Source: Patescibacteria group bacterium
GTDB lineage: Bacteria; Patescibacteriota; WWE3; UBA101185; UBA10185
DNA length: 64,000 nt
Reading direction: 5' to 3'
Assembly (NCBI GenBank): GCA_049322215.1
Contig: JBMORU010000001.1
Location: forward strand, 388,023 to 452,022
The translations under genes and the position numbers were made by a program. Position 1 is the first letter of the stretch. Each line of letters begins with the position of its first letter. The notes under the pieces were generated by a model that saw only the letters and a program-made list of their open reading frames with translations, was not told where the DNA came from and did not search any database. Of the stretch, positions 28,723 to 38,141 are shown piece by piece.

Positions 28723-29175
28723 ATGTCGGAGTATCCTGCAATTATAAAAAGCCTCAGACCTTATAACTTTTACTTATTACACGGTAATGCTCATAAATCG
28801 ATGCATAGAGAGCTTGAGTTTGTTTTATCAAAGTATGATTTAACTCCACCAGAATGGACATTACTTGGTCAGTTAGAAGAAATTGGACCATTAAGACTAA
28901 CAAAGCTTGCAGATTTACTAAATGTACGAATGCCCTTTGTAAGTAATTTAGTTGCTACATTGAAAGATAAAGGTTTAGTAGAAATAGTAGATTCAAATAC
29001 TGACAAACGCGTTAAAATTGCATCTCTTTCAGGGGAGTCACGTAGTAAATTGCCTGAGATTGAGGAAAATGTGCTTATGCATATGACTGATTTATTAAAT
29101 GGTGTTTCGTCTTTAGAACTAGCATCTTACGCTAAGGTATTAAAGCTTATTGCAGCAAACTATAGCGAAGATTAA
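28723..29175 (+). CDS. MarR family transcriptional regulator
   Basis: YDLTPPEWTLL, LADLL, VSNLVATLKDKGLV, DKRVK. Confidence 0.9.
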   Translation: MSEYPAIIKSLRPYNFYLLHGNAHKSMHRELEFVLSKYDLTPPEWTLLGQLEEIGPLRLTKLADLLNVRMPFVSNLVATLKDKGLVEIVDSNTDKRVKIASLSGESRSKLPEIEENVLMHMTDLLNGVSSLELASYAKVLKLIAANYSED

Positions 29176-29423
29176 TTTAGTAAATCGTTTAGGTTTAGGT
29201 CTTCTTCAGTTTCTGTGTCTATTTCGTAAACAAAGTCTTTTTTTATATCTACAAATTCGTTTTCTACTTCTTTAATTCTTTCTCTACATTGTTTTATTAA
29301 TTCTTTACCTAGTTTTAATTTTTTTAAACCCTCATCTAAGTCGATTTCTTCTTCTTGAAACCACTTATTTATTTCTTCTAAATCTTTTATAGCTTTCGTA
29401 AAATCAAATTTTTTTGCTGTCAT
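29172..29423 (-). CDS. xseB: Exodeoxyribonuclease VII small subunit
   Basis: FTKAIKDLEEI...IDLDEGLKKLKLGKELIKQC; follows xseA. Confidence 0.9.
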   Translation of the reverse strand: MTAKKFDFTKAIKDLEEINKWFQEEEIDLDEGLKKLKLGKELIKQCRERIKEVENEFVDIKKDFVYEIDTETEEDLNLNDLLN

Positions 29424-29432
29424 AGTTTTGTT

Positions 29433-30761
29433 TTAATTTTGTACTTTTGAAATTATTTTTCCATTTGCTAATTCGGTATTTAGTATATCACCCTGTTTTA
29501 CTGATTTAGCATTTTTTAGTATTTTTCCGTTGGAATTGCGGGAAATGCTGTAACCCTGCTTTAGTTTAAGTTTAGGATCAGATACTTTTAGTAAGTTGCT
29601 GTGATTTTCTAGCTTTTTATTAATTTCTTTATACCATGTACCAATGCTCACACTTGTAATTGCCGAAAGGTTTTGTAAGTCTTTTTGAAATGAATGTTTC
29701 GCAAAGTTAAATGCGTATATATTTTGCATGTAGTCTTTTTCTAGTGTTTTAAATGTATTTAATACATGTTTAAAACTCATTATTTGTGAGCTAGCCAAGT
29801 TGTTTACACTAATTTTTATGCTATTTAGCTGTCGTTCAAACTGATTTGTGAGTTCTGTTTCTATTGTTTGTAAGTTGTCACATGTTGTTTTTAAAATTCT
29901 TTTAAATTCTCTTACTAGTGCTGTTTCTAACTGTTTTATTGTTGTGCTTAATTCAATCCAAGGTTCTGCCAATATTTTACCTGCATGTGTCGGAGTAGAA
30001 GCTCTTGCATCTGCAACTAAATCGGCTATTGTCACATCGTTTTCATGGCCTATCGCGGAAATCACAGGTATTTTTGATGCCGCAATTGCACGTGCCACCC
30101 CTTCACTATTAAATGCCTGTAAATTTTCTAAACTGCCTCCTCCTCGTGTTAGTACTAAAACATCTATCTTTTCGGGAAATTCGTTAAGGGTTCTAATGGC
30201 ATTTATTATGCTGTCTATTGATTGGTTACCTTCTACTCTTACGTCATGAAAAAGTATTTTGTATCCAAAATTTCCTAAATGAGTTTCAAAGTCTTTTTTT
30301 GCATCGCTTTTGTCCGCGGTTATTAGCCCTACTGTTTTAACATATTGTGGAATAGGTTTTTTACTTTCTATATCAAAGTATCCTTGTTTTTGAAGTTGTT
30401 CCTTTAATTTTTCAAAGGCCTTGCGTAATGCACCTTCTCCTACCGGGATTATGTTATCTGCTACAAAAGTAAATTTTCCGGTACGCACGTAAATGTTGGC
30501 ACTTCCAAAAATTTTTACTTCCATGCCTTCTTCAAGTTCTATACCTAAAGCACTAAACCGGCTTTTCCATATTAAACAACTAATGCTTGCATCATTTTTT
30601 GCATCAGTTAATGTAAAAAAAACTGTGTTGCCTCTATTTGTAAAAGAGCTTATTTCTCCCTGTATATTAAATTTATATTTTCCTATTACGTCGTTTAGTA
30701 ATTCTATAAATTCAGATACTGAGAGCAAGGGCTCTTTGAATCGGTTAGGTAGTTCACCCAT
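29433..30761 (-). CDS. xseA: Exodeoxyribonuclease VII large subunit
   Basis: GEISSF OB fold, RGGGSLENL, SAIGHEND, ADARASTPT. Confidence 0.96.
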   Translation of the reverse strand: MGELPNRFKEPLLSVSEFIELLNDVIGKYKFNIQGEISSFTNRGNTVFFTLTDAKNDASISCLIWKSRFSALGIELEEGMEVKIFGSANIYVRTGKFTFVADNIIPVGEGALRKAFEKLKEQLQKQGYFDIESKKPIPQYVKTVGLITADKSDAKKDFETHLGNFGYKILFHDVRVEGNQSIDSIINAIRTLNEFPEKIDVLVLTRGGGSLENLQAFNSEGVARAIAASKIPVISAIGHENDVTIADLVADARASTPTHAGKILAEPWIELSTTIKQLETALVREFKRILKTTCDNLQTIETELTNQFERQLNSIKISVNNLASSQIMSFKHVLNTFKTLEKDYMQNIYAFNFAKHSFQKDLQNLSAITSVSIGTWYKEINKKLENHSNLLKVSDPKLKLKQGYSISRNSNGKILKNAKSVKQGDILNTELANGKIISKVQN

Positions 30762-30874
30762 AAAAACATTATAGCTTACGTTTGTTGTATAATATGCATG
30801 ATTGCTATTGTTTGCTGGTTACTGTAAAATGCCTTTTCGTGTTTAAGAGTAGGCATTCAAAAGGAGACAAAAAA

Positions 30875-31279
30875 ATGACTACAGCAGCATTGCACACTCA
30901 CACTTTGCGATTATTGATAAATTCTAAGCTTCATCGCTCTTGGGATTATGAGACTGCACCAAACGAAGAGCATTTGGACGTTGGTGCTGTGTTAGCGGTA
31001 ATGATTCCTGTGATTCGACGAAACCTCGAAGGTGAAAAAATAACTATTTCGTTGCAGGATTATTGTCCAACAGCACAAGAAGCAGATACCTCAAGGCGAT
31101 TTATTTTCCCTCCGTTTGCGTTAGAGCGTGTAGTTAAAATGGGAGGCTTAGAGCGGGTCGCAAAAGTTTTGTTATTTATGGTAGGGGCGAGCATGAAAGG
31201 CATTAGTTACTGGTTTAGTCAAGACAGCATTTTTGGACTATTTCTGGTACCTTTTGTTTTATTAGCTCGTTCTCGCTAA
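30875..31279 (+). CDS. Hypothetical protein (orphan unit 7)
   Basis: AAGGAGA 30861-30867 selects in-frame ATG 30875; hairpin plus T6 at 31283-31327. Confidence 0.68.
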   Translation: MTTAALHTHTLRLLINSKLHRSWDYETAPNEEHLDVGAVLAVMIPVIRRNLEGEKITISLQDYCPTAQEADTSRRFIFPPFALERVVKMGGLERVAKVLLFMVGASMKGISYWFSQDSIFGLFLVPFVLLARSR

Positions 31280-31282
31280 TTT

Positions 31283-31327
31283 CTTTGCCAGAGGTCATTG
31301 TATTTTTGATTTCTGGCAAAGTTTTTT
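31283..31327 (+). terminator. Intrinsic terminator (15-bp stem with G-U pairs)
   Basis: ctttgccagaggtca...tgatttctggcaaag then T6. Confidence 0.8.
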
Positions 31328-31343
31328 AATCTCATACCTGTTA

Positions 31344-32264
31344 TTAAAACATTTTCTTATACATAAATAATAAAGTAAGTATTATTACGACCAATAAAGT
31401 AATTCCGCCAATCCAAGCGTATGCGAGTGCGTTGTTTTGCAAGGGTAAAGGTACATTCATTCCATAAAAGCTAGAAATAATAGTAGGTATAGTTAAAATA
31501 ACAGTTATAGAAGTTAGCCATTTCATTCTTGTGTTTAGGTTGTTACTTGTAATTGTCGTATAGGCCTCCCTGACGTTTGAAATATGCCTTATGCTTGATT
31601 TTGCAATTTCTATTAACTGACCATTACTTAAAGATAAATCTTCAGCTAAATCTTCATCTTCTTCATAAAGTTTAATTGCATTATCGTAAATAATTCTCTC
31701 AAATACTATGCTTGATGGAACAAGTGCTGCTAAAAATGCATTTAGTGTTCTCTCATATTCAACAAATTTTATAATATCTTTGTTTTCTATTTTTTCTAAT
31801 TTTGAGCTAAAGTTTGTAGCTTGTTTGTTTATTTTGTGAATGTACTTTTTATACTCCTGATTTACTAGTAATAGGGTACGCAGTAAAAATTTTGTTTTTT
31901 GGGTGGTATTAAACTCAACTTTGTTATTTAAAAAAAGTTGAAGTGGCGAGCTTTGATTATTGCAAACTGTTAAAACAAAAGAATCTGATATAGCAATCAT
32001 CAAAGGTGCTGTATATATTTTATCGTTTATTTCGTACACATGTCTTGTAAATATGTATATTATCCCATCTTCTTGCTCAAACCTTGGCACTTCATACTCA
32101 TCAGTTGCATCTCTAATAAGACCTTCTTCGAGGCCATACTTTTTTACAAGCTTCTCAATATCTTTTTCTGTAGGATTGCTAACATATAACCAACTACCCT
32201 TTTTAAATTGTTTGATTTCTTGCAATTCTATATTTCTAATGTTTTTGTAATAAATCTTAAACAT
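31344..32264 (-). CDS. corA: CorA family Mg2+ transporter
   Basis: NNLNTRMKWLT...PTIISSFYGMNVPLP GMN motif; two C-terminal TM helices. Confidence 0.92.
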   Translation of the reverse strand: MFKIYYKNIRNIELQEIKQFKKGSWLYVSNPTEKDIEKLVKKYGLEEGLIRDATDEYEVPRFEQEDGIIYIFTRHVYEINDKIYTAPLMIAISDSFVLTVCNNQSSPLQLFLNNKVEFNTTQKTKFLLRTLLLVNQEYKKYIHKINKQATNFSSKLEKIENKDIIKFVEYERTLNAFLAALVPSSIVFERIIYDNAIKLYEEDEDLAEDLSLSNGQLIEIAKSSIRHISNVREAYTTITSNNLNTRMKWLTSITVILTIPTIISSFYGMNVPLPLQNNALAYAWIGGITLLVVIILTLLFMYKKMF

Positions 32265-32360
32265 CGTTTGAAAATTATATTAAACCTATAGAAAAAAAGC
32301 AAACTTTCACACATTTACACGTTTACATTTAGTAAAAAACTACTGTATGATAAATACAAC

Positions 32361-32402
32361 GGGTAGTTAACTTTTAAGATAAAATTGATAGGTTAACTAC
32401 CC
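32361..32402 (+). other. Long imperfect hairpin directly downstream of a promoter-like element (sRNA, attenuator or ORF-less unit)
   Basis: gggtagttaactt...aggttaactaccc; TTTACA-18-TATGAT at 32322-32351. Confidence 0.6.
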
Positions 32403-32485
32403 ACTTTGCGTTTTAGACCCTATAAATAACGAAAAAGCTTATTGCTAATTCGTAATATGCTCCTGTTTAGTGATAAAATCAGCCG

Positions 32486-33919
32486 GTGATAATAGGAAAA
32501 AACATATCAAAAACTTATATAGATTCTCCTATATTATCCAACATAGACTTTAAAATAGGTAACGGTATTAAGGTAGGTTTGGTTGGTAAGAATGGTTGTG
32601 GCAAAACTACTTTATTTAGGGTAATAAGTGGTATTGAGGCGTGCGATAGTGGTTCTATAGAGTATGAAAATGAAAAAATTGGTTACTTACCCCAGGAGTT
32701 TAACTTCCCCAATATTTTAGTGGGGGAATTTTTGAAGCAAAAATTAGATTTAACTTGGGAAATGTATAAAGTGGAAAAACTGGTTAGTCAGTTAGAATTT
32801 GTAAACTTTGATATATATCAAGAAATTTATACCTTAAGTGAAGGCCAAAAAATGAAACTAATGTTGCTCAACCTACTTTTAGATAACCCCACAACGCTGC
32901 TTATTGACGAACCAACTAATCATTTAGATATAGAAGGTATTTTGTGGTTTGAAAATTATATAAAAACCTTACAAAAGTCTGTTGTAATGATTTCCCACGA
33001 TAGACAGTTTTTAAATAGTACTGTTAATGAAATTTGGGAAATAGAGAACAGCCAACTTTTAAAGTTTGTAGGAGATTATGATGCGTATAAAGAAAGTAAG
33101 CTTAAGTTAGTAAATAAATGGAATGAAGAATATGTGCGATTTTTAAAAAGAAAAACCCAACTTGAAAACTTACTATCTAGATCGAGAGAAAAAAACATTA
33201 GTCGTAGTGGAAAAGGGGTCCAATCAGTTAAGAAACGTATTGAGCGTGAAATAACCTCTAAAAAGAAAGAAAAGTACGTAAGCAGCAAAATGAATAAAGT
33301 GACTTTTGCTACAGATGTGCGTTCTCAAAAGCTCATGCTTAGTTTTGAAGATGTTACAAAAAGCTACGGAAACAAGCTTGTTTTTGAGAATTTAAACTTT
33401 GAAGTACGTGGGCAAGATAGAGTTTGGCTTTATGGCTCAAACGGTGCGGGTAAAACAACGTTAGTTAAAATAATCATGGCGGAAGAAAAGCCGTCTTCAG
33501 GCCAAGTTACTATCGGAAACAATATTAAAATTGGTTATTTTGCTCAAAAGCAGACACATTTAGATTTTAAAACAAACGTGTTTGATTACTTTATGTCAGA
33601 AACCGGGTGTCCTTATGAAAAGACATTCGGTGCTTTAAAAAGATTTTTGTTTGATGAAACCGATATAAAAAAAAGGGTAGGGGATTTAAGCCCTGGTGAA
33701 AGAGCCCGATTTGCTTTTGCTATTTTCTCTTACAAAGATTATGATTTGCTAATATTAGATGAACCTACAAATCACCTGGATATAGAGACAAAAGAGGTTA
33801 TCGAGGAAAGTTTACTAGAATTTAAGGGTACGCTCATTTTAGTTTCTCACGACAGGTTTTTTGTTGAACGACTTAACATGGATAAAATGTTTAATCTTAA
33901 AGAAATGACTTTTTATTAG
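32486..33919 (+). CDS. ABC-F family ribosome-associated ATPase
   Basis: Two NBDs (GKNGCGKT and GSNGAGKT; DEPTNHLD twice; SHDR twice); no TM segments. Confidence 0.92.
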   Translation: MIIGKNISKTYIDSPILSNIDFKIGNGIKVGLVGKNGCGKTTLFRVISGIEACDSGSIEYENEKIGYLPQEFNFPNILVGEFLKQKLDLTWEMYKVEKLVSQLEFVNFDIYQEIYTLSEGQKMKLMLLNLLLDNPTTLLIDEPTNHLDIEGILWFENYIKTLQKSVVMISHDRQFLNSTVNEIWEIENSQLLKFVGDYDAYKESKLKLVNKWNEEYVRFLKRKTQLENLLSRSREKNISRSGKGVQSVKKRIEREITSKKKEKYVSSKMNKVTFATDVRSQKLMLSFEDVTKSYGNKLVFENLNFEVRGQDRVWLYGSNGAGKTTLVKIIMAEEKPSSGQVTIGNNIKIGYFAQKQTHLDFKTNVFDYFMSETGCPYEKTFGALKRFLFDETDIKKRVGDLSPGERARFAFAIFSYKDYDLLILDEPTNHLDIETKEVIEESLLEFKGTLILVSHDRFFVERLNMDKMFNLKEMTFY

Positions 33920-33939
33920 GAATTAATTACACTTTCATT

Positions 33940-34494
33940 ATGCTACTGGACATAGGATTAAGTTTAATTTATGTAAAGGTTTTTGCTGAAATTTTTTCGG
34001 TGGAGCTTTCAGGACTCTATGTAGCTTTAAGCGTATTTTTTGGCTTACTTCCCGATATTGACACTCCCATAGAACTTTTACAGCGTGGTCGTATTGGAGG
34101 TAAGGTGCAGGGATTTCATAGAGAGTTAACACATTACCCTCTTTTATACATTCCACTCATTATTTTTGCTTACTTTTACTTTGGTATATTTTGGTTCAGT
34201 TTGTTAACTATAAATATTGTATCTCATTTTATTCACAATAGTGTGTGGACAGGTTGGGGTATAAAATGGTTAGCGCCCTTTTCTCAAATGCGCTATAAAT
34301 TTTTTGCAGATTCAAACGATGGAGAACCAAGCACCAATTTTGTTGCAAGGTGGACACCCCAAGAACTTGAAAAAGTATCCGCAGAATTTGGTAATGACAA
34401 CTGGTTTAAAGAGCAGTATTTAAGTTTGAGTCCCATATTACTAACAGACCTAGCGGTACTTCTTATTGGAATTGCTGTTTTACTACTTCTTTAA
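33940..34494 (+). CDS. YdjM-like membrane-bound metal-dependent hydrolase
   Basis: LLPDID, HRELTH, SHF, GIKWLAPFS. Confidence 0.75.
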   Translation: MLLDIGLSLIYVKVFAEIFSVELSGLYVALSVFFGLLPDIDTPIELLQRGRIGGKVQGFHRELTHYPLLYIPLIIFAYFYFGIFWFSLLTINIVSHFIHNSVWTGWGIKWLAPFSQMRYKFFADSNDGEPSTNFVARWTPQELEKVSAEFGNDNWFKEQYLSLSPILLTDLAVLLIGIAVLLLL

Positions 34495-35356
34495 CAAATT
34501 CTAATTTATGTCTTGGTGCACAAATTTCTTCCAAGTTATTTAAATCTGCTGTAGTAACAGCATTGGTGTTAGATGCTGTAAAGTACATAATGGAATTCGG
34601 ATTTTTATTGTGTTCTACGCCTAAAGCATGCCCAAACTCGTGGGCGAGAACATGTATTAGTTCTTCTTTACTACCAAAAATGTATACATCTATCTCCATT
34701 CTATTGGGGTCAAAAATTCCGCCCTCGGGCTTAATTGCGAGCAGGTCATTAAAGGTGTCCACATTGCTGTTTAATTCATTTACTTGTGAGTTAAATGCGT
34801 CAGTTTTAGAATTGAGTTTTTGTGCATTGGCATTTACTTCGTGAACCTCATTTTTAATTTCCTCCTGCCTGTTTATTAAGTCTTCATATACATTTTCAGG
34901 AGCTCCTCCTTTATCATTCCATTCTTTTATTTCGTTGTTTAAAGCGACAAGCTTGTTATTTAGCTCTTCAACTTTTTTTTCGTGTTCTTGTGTTTGGCTA
35001 ATAATTTGCTCTCTGTCATTTACTAATGCTTGCTCAGTTGAGTCTATTGAAGTTACAAGTGATTGTCTTTCGTCATAAACTAAATTCACCTTTAGTTGCG
35101 CATTAATATCTTCTTTAATTAGTGTTTTAGCTAGCGCACTATTCCATATATCACTAGCTTCTTTAGTATTATTTCTAAATTCTTCTTTAGAAATATCAAA
35201 TTCCTTATCTATAACGCCCATTTTATATGTTATTGGTTCATCACAAACAGAATAGTAAGCATGGTTTTTATAAAATTGTTTAATTTGAGTGGGATACAAA
35301 AAATATCCAACGACAGTAACAGAAAGCATTGTTATAAGTAAAAGCAATCTTTTCAT
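34463..35356 (-). CDS. Matrixin (M10)-like zinc metalloprotease with a coiled-coil insert
   Basis: HEFGHALGVEH plus Met-turn SIMY; N-terminal anchor. Confidence 0.88.
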   Translation of the reverse strand: MKRLLLLITMLSVTVVGYFLYPTQIKQFYKNHAYYSVCDEPITYKMGVIDKEFDISKEEFRNNTKEASDIWNSALAKTLIKEDINAQLKVNLVYDERQSLVTSIDSTEQALVNDREQIISQTQEHEKKVEELNNKLVALNNEIKEWNDKGGAPENVYEDLINRQEEIKNEVHEVNANAQKLNSKTDAFNSQVNELNSNVDTFNDLLAIKPEGGIFDPNRMEIDVYIFGSKEELIHVLAHEFGHALGVEHNKNPNSIMYFTASNTNAVTTADLNNLEEICAPRHKLEFVKEVVKQQFQ

Positions 35357-35456
35357 ACATTAAGATATTAACATATTTCGTTATTATGTCGCTTTACTTC
35401 TAAAAAGCTATGGGGTATAATCTGGCTCAAATCTTTACAATACAAAGGAGATAGCA

Positions 35457-35726
35457 ATGACATTTAAATGTTCTGTAATTCATAACACGCACAAAGCAAA
35501 TGGAGCGTTAAAGAAAAGAGAAACAGACGTTGTACTTATGCGCAAAGGCCAGAATGCTTTTTTAATTCGGCTCTTGGGTTCAGGAAATGGCAAAATTGAT
35601 CGGCAGTTGGCTCGGTTAAATGGGGTAACAAGAGTTGAAGAGGGAATGTTTACCACCTACGAGTTTAAAGGCGGTTTCAAAACACTTCAGCGCTCAATTC
35701 AACAGTTAGGCGGAAATTTTGGCTAA
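35457..35726 (+). CDS. Hypothetical basic protein (orphan unit 8)
   Basis: TTTACT-17-TATAAT (35393-35421), AAGGAGA 35445-35451, hairpin 35735-35776 plus T-run. Confidence 0.72.
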   Translation: MTFKCSVIHNTHKANGALKKRETDVVLMRKGQNAFLIRLLGSGNGKIDRQLARLNGVTRVEEGMFTTYEFKGGFKTLQRSIQQLGGNFG

Positions 35727-35734
35727 CACCTTTT

Positions 35735-35788
35735 AGCTACTGTGCAAATTTAACATTTACAATTTGTGCAGTAGCTCTATTTTTTTTT
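35735..35788 (+). terminator. Intrinsic terminator (16-bp stem with G-U pairs)
   Basis: agctactgtgcaaatt...aatttgtgcagtagct then T-run. Confidence 0.8.
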
Positions 35789-35795
35789 ATACAAA

Positions 35796-35821
35796 GAAAA
35801 GACACCTTTCGGTGCCTTTTC
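35796..35821 (-). terminator. Short tetraloop-type terminator for the 36303 gene
   Basis: gaaaagacacc-tttc-ggtgccttttc. Confidence 0.7.
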
Positions 35822-35856
35822 TAGTAATTCTCCTGTCCTAGCGTTTATCTATCTTA

Positions 35857-36303
35857 TTAATGCATCCAGCCGCGCCCTTCACCCATGTGTTTTGGACCAC
35901 GTCCTAAATCTAAGTCTTGCAAGTCAATTCCTTCAGATTCAGCCCAAGTTCTTAGTGCATCATTTCCTTGTCTAAAGTTATTTTGCATTTCCCCTCTGGT
36001 AGCATGCATTTCTTCCATTTTTGCAAGAATTGTGCTTTTTTGTTCTTCGGTAAGTTTGCCTTCTTGTACAGCTGCGTTTAGTCTAGTTTCTAGTTCTTGT
36101 CTGCGTTCTGCATGCATGGTTTCGCGTTCCTCTTCCATAAAAGTTTGTACTTCATTAGCATCTAGACCGAATCTTTCAGTTAATCTTTGAACAAAAGGTG
36201 GTAGAGTCTCTGCTGTTTCTGCGGCTACTGTTTTTAATCCTGCAGAGCCTAGTAAACCAATTGAACTTAGTACTAGTATTGGTATAACAATTTTTTTATT
36301 CAT
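35857..36303 (-). CDS. Secreted/periplasmic helical protein, likely target of the adjacent two-component system
   Basis: GGAGGTG SD selects ATG 36303; signal peptide; AVQEGKLTEEQK motif. Confidence 0.7.
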   Translation of the reverse strand: MNKKIVIPILVLSSIGLLGSAGLKTVAAETAETLPPFVQRLTERFGLDANEVQTFMEEERETMHAERRQELETRLNAAVQEGKLTEEQKSTILAKMEEMHATRGEMQNNFRQGNDALRTWAESEGIDLQDLDLGRGPKHMGEGRGWMH

Positions 36304-36357
36304 GTTATTCACCTCCAAAATGTTAATTAATTACTGGATATAATTTACTAAAGGTAG

Positions 36358-36373
36358 CTGAGAAACTGCTTAA
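36358..36373 (-). promoter_or_regulatory. Putative OmpR-family binding site (ttaag-N6-ctcag)
   Basis: 11-bp-period half sites about 10 nt upstream of a -10-like hexamer; mirrors the site at 38123-38138. Confidence 0.5.
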
Positions 36374-37392
36374 ATTTTTTGAGGTATTTCTATAGTGAAG
36401 GTGGTACCTTTGTTTAGTTCACTTGTTACGCTTATAGAACCTTTGTGTAATTTCACTATTTCGTTAGCAATGGCTAGTCCTAGACCAAACCCATGCTTTT
36501 TTCCAGAGTTTCTTGATTTATCTGCTCTATAAAATCTTTCAAATATATGTGGTAAGTCTTCTTTTGAAATTCCTATACCTTTGTCAGAGATCTCTATCTT
36601 TAAATTCCTTTTTTCTTTTGATGTTTTTACAGTAATTGAAGTATTTGGTTTACTGTACTTGACAGCATTGTCCACCACTATAGTGATTAACTGGAGTAAC
36701 CTGGTTTCATTTCCGTATAATTGTGTTTGGTTAATATGTTTGGTTAGGGTAATATTTTTTTCTTTAAGTTTTCCATTTAAGCTTTTTTCTATACTATCAA
36801 TTAGGTTTGTTATATCAAGTAGCTGAAAACTTTCCTTATTAAGTGCTTCTAACTGGCTTTCTTCTAGTAGCGTATTTGATAACAAAGTTAGTTTGTCAGT
36901 TTCCTCAACAACATTTTGTAAGGTTTCTTTTGCTTGTTTTATATTTAGGTTTTTGTCTCTTAGTGTTACTTCTACATCTGTTTTCATGGCGGTAAGAGGT
37001 GTTTTTAACTCGTGCGCTGCGTCAGAGGCAAATCTTTTTTGCTTAATAACAGTTTCTTCTATTGGTGCCAGTGTTTTTCCGGCTAAAAAGTAACCAATGC
37101 TACCAACAGATGCAACTATGATTATATTTATTGCGCTTAGTGTTATTAGTAATTTTTCACTAATGTCTTTTAGAGTCTGTTCTTTTATTTCTTTTTCTAA
37201 TTCCGGAGGTAACCTATTTGGACCATCTCTTAGCTGCCTTAACCTGCTTTGCATTCTAACTTCATGAAAATCTAATGCTCTATTTGTAGCACTCATAACA
37301 CCTGTATAAACGAACATACTAAAACCTAGTGTTATGCCTAGTATTGTTACCATATACCAAAGAGTTAATTTTAATCTTGCTTTTTTAAACAT
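36370..37392 (-). CDS. Sensor histidine kinase
   Basis: [14 protein letters not shown]-box, [28 protein letters not shown]. Confidence 0.96.
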   Translation of the reverse strand: MFKKARLKLTLWYMVTILGITLGFSMFVYTGVMSATNRALDFHEVRMQSRLRQLRDGPNRLPPELEKEIKEQTLKDISEKLLITLSAINIIIVASVGSIGYFLAGKTLAPIEETVIKQKRFASDAAHELKTPLTAMKTDVEVTLRDKNLNIKQAKETLQNVVEETDKLTLLSNTLLEESQLEALNKESFQLLDITNLIDSIEKSLNGKLKEKNITLTKHINQTQLYGNETRLLQLITIVVDNAVKYSKPNTSITVKTSKEKRNLKIEISDKGIGISKEDLPHIFERFYRADKSRNSGKKHGFGLGLAIANEIVKLHKGSISVTSELNKGTTFTIEIPQKI

Positions 37393-37425
37393 TAATTATT
37401 GCTTTCCCTTTTAAGAAAACACACT

Positions 37426-38100
37426 TTATGTGTTGCACTGCAATACATAACCAAATCCTCTAACAGTCTTAATGGTTTTTGTTTTATATGGTTTATCGAT
37501 TTTGTTTCTTAAATAACCAATGTAAACCTCAACTGTATTTGGCAAAACATTTGCATCGTAGCTCCATACGTGTTCAATTATTTGGTCTTTAGTAATTGTT
37601 TTTCCTTTATTTCTAATTAAATACTCTAATAGAGCATATTCCTTTTTAGAAAGATCAACTTTGTCTGTTCCTACTGTTGCAGTGTAATTTAGGGTATCCA
37701 GTTTTATACTACCGCATTCCAGAGTTACACTTTGTGTTTCACTGGGGCGTCTTAGTAGTGCCCTTATTCTTGCTAAAAGTTCCTCAAAAGAAAACGGTTT
37801 AACCAAATAGTCATCTGCACCACAGTTTAAACCTTTTACTTTGTCTTCAGTGGTGACTTTTGCTGTGAGCATTATTATTGGGGTTTTAACATTTTCTTCT
37901 CTTAGAATACTACAAACTTTTATACCATCAATTTTAGGAAGCATTAAATCTAGTACGATTACGTCATAAGGTTCGGTGCTTGCCATATCTAAACCAGTTT
38001 GACCATCAAATACTATATCTACAGAAAATGTTTCTTGTTCTAACCCCCTTTTTAAAGCTTTAGCTATTTTTATTTCGTCTTCAATTATTAACACACGCAT
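37426..38100 (-). CDS. OmpR/PhoB family response regulator
   Basis: IIEDE, LDLMLP, GADDYLVKPF, VEVYIGYLRNKID, TVRGFGY. Confidence 0.97.
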   Translation of the reverse strand: MRVLIIEDEIKIAKALKRGLEQETFSVDIVFDGQTGLDMASTEPYDVIVLDLMLPKIDGIKVCSILREENVKTPIIMLTAKVTTEDKVKGLNCGADDYLVKPFSFEELLARIRALLRRPSETQSVTLECGSIKLDTLNYTATVGTDKVDLSKKEYALLEYLIRNKGKTITKDQIIEHVWSYDANVLPNTVEVYIGYLRNKIDKPYKTKTIKTVRGFGYVLQCNT

Positions 38101-38122
38101 TTGTCCTATTATAGTAAAGTTT

Positions 38123-38138
38123 CTGAGAATTTGCTGAG
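38123..38138 (-). promoter_or_regulatory. Putative autoregulatory site ctcag-N6-ctcag
   Basis: Tandem direct repeat 9 nt upstream of the regulator's TATAAT. Confidence 0.55.
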
Positions 38139-38141
38139 GGC

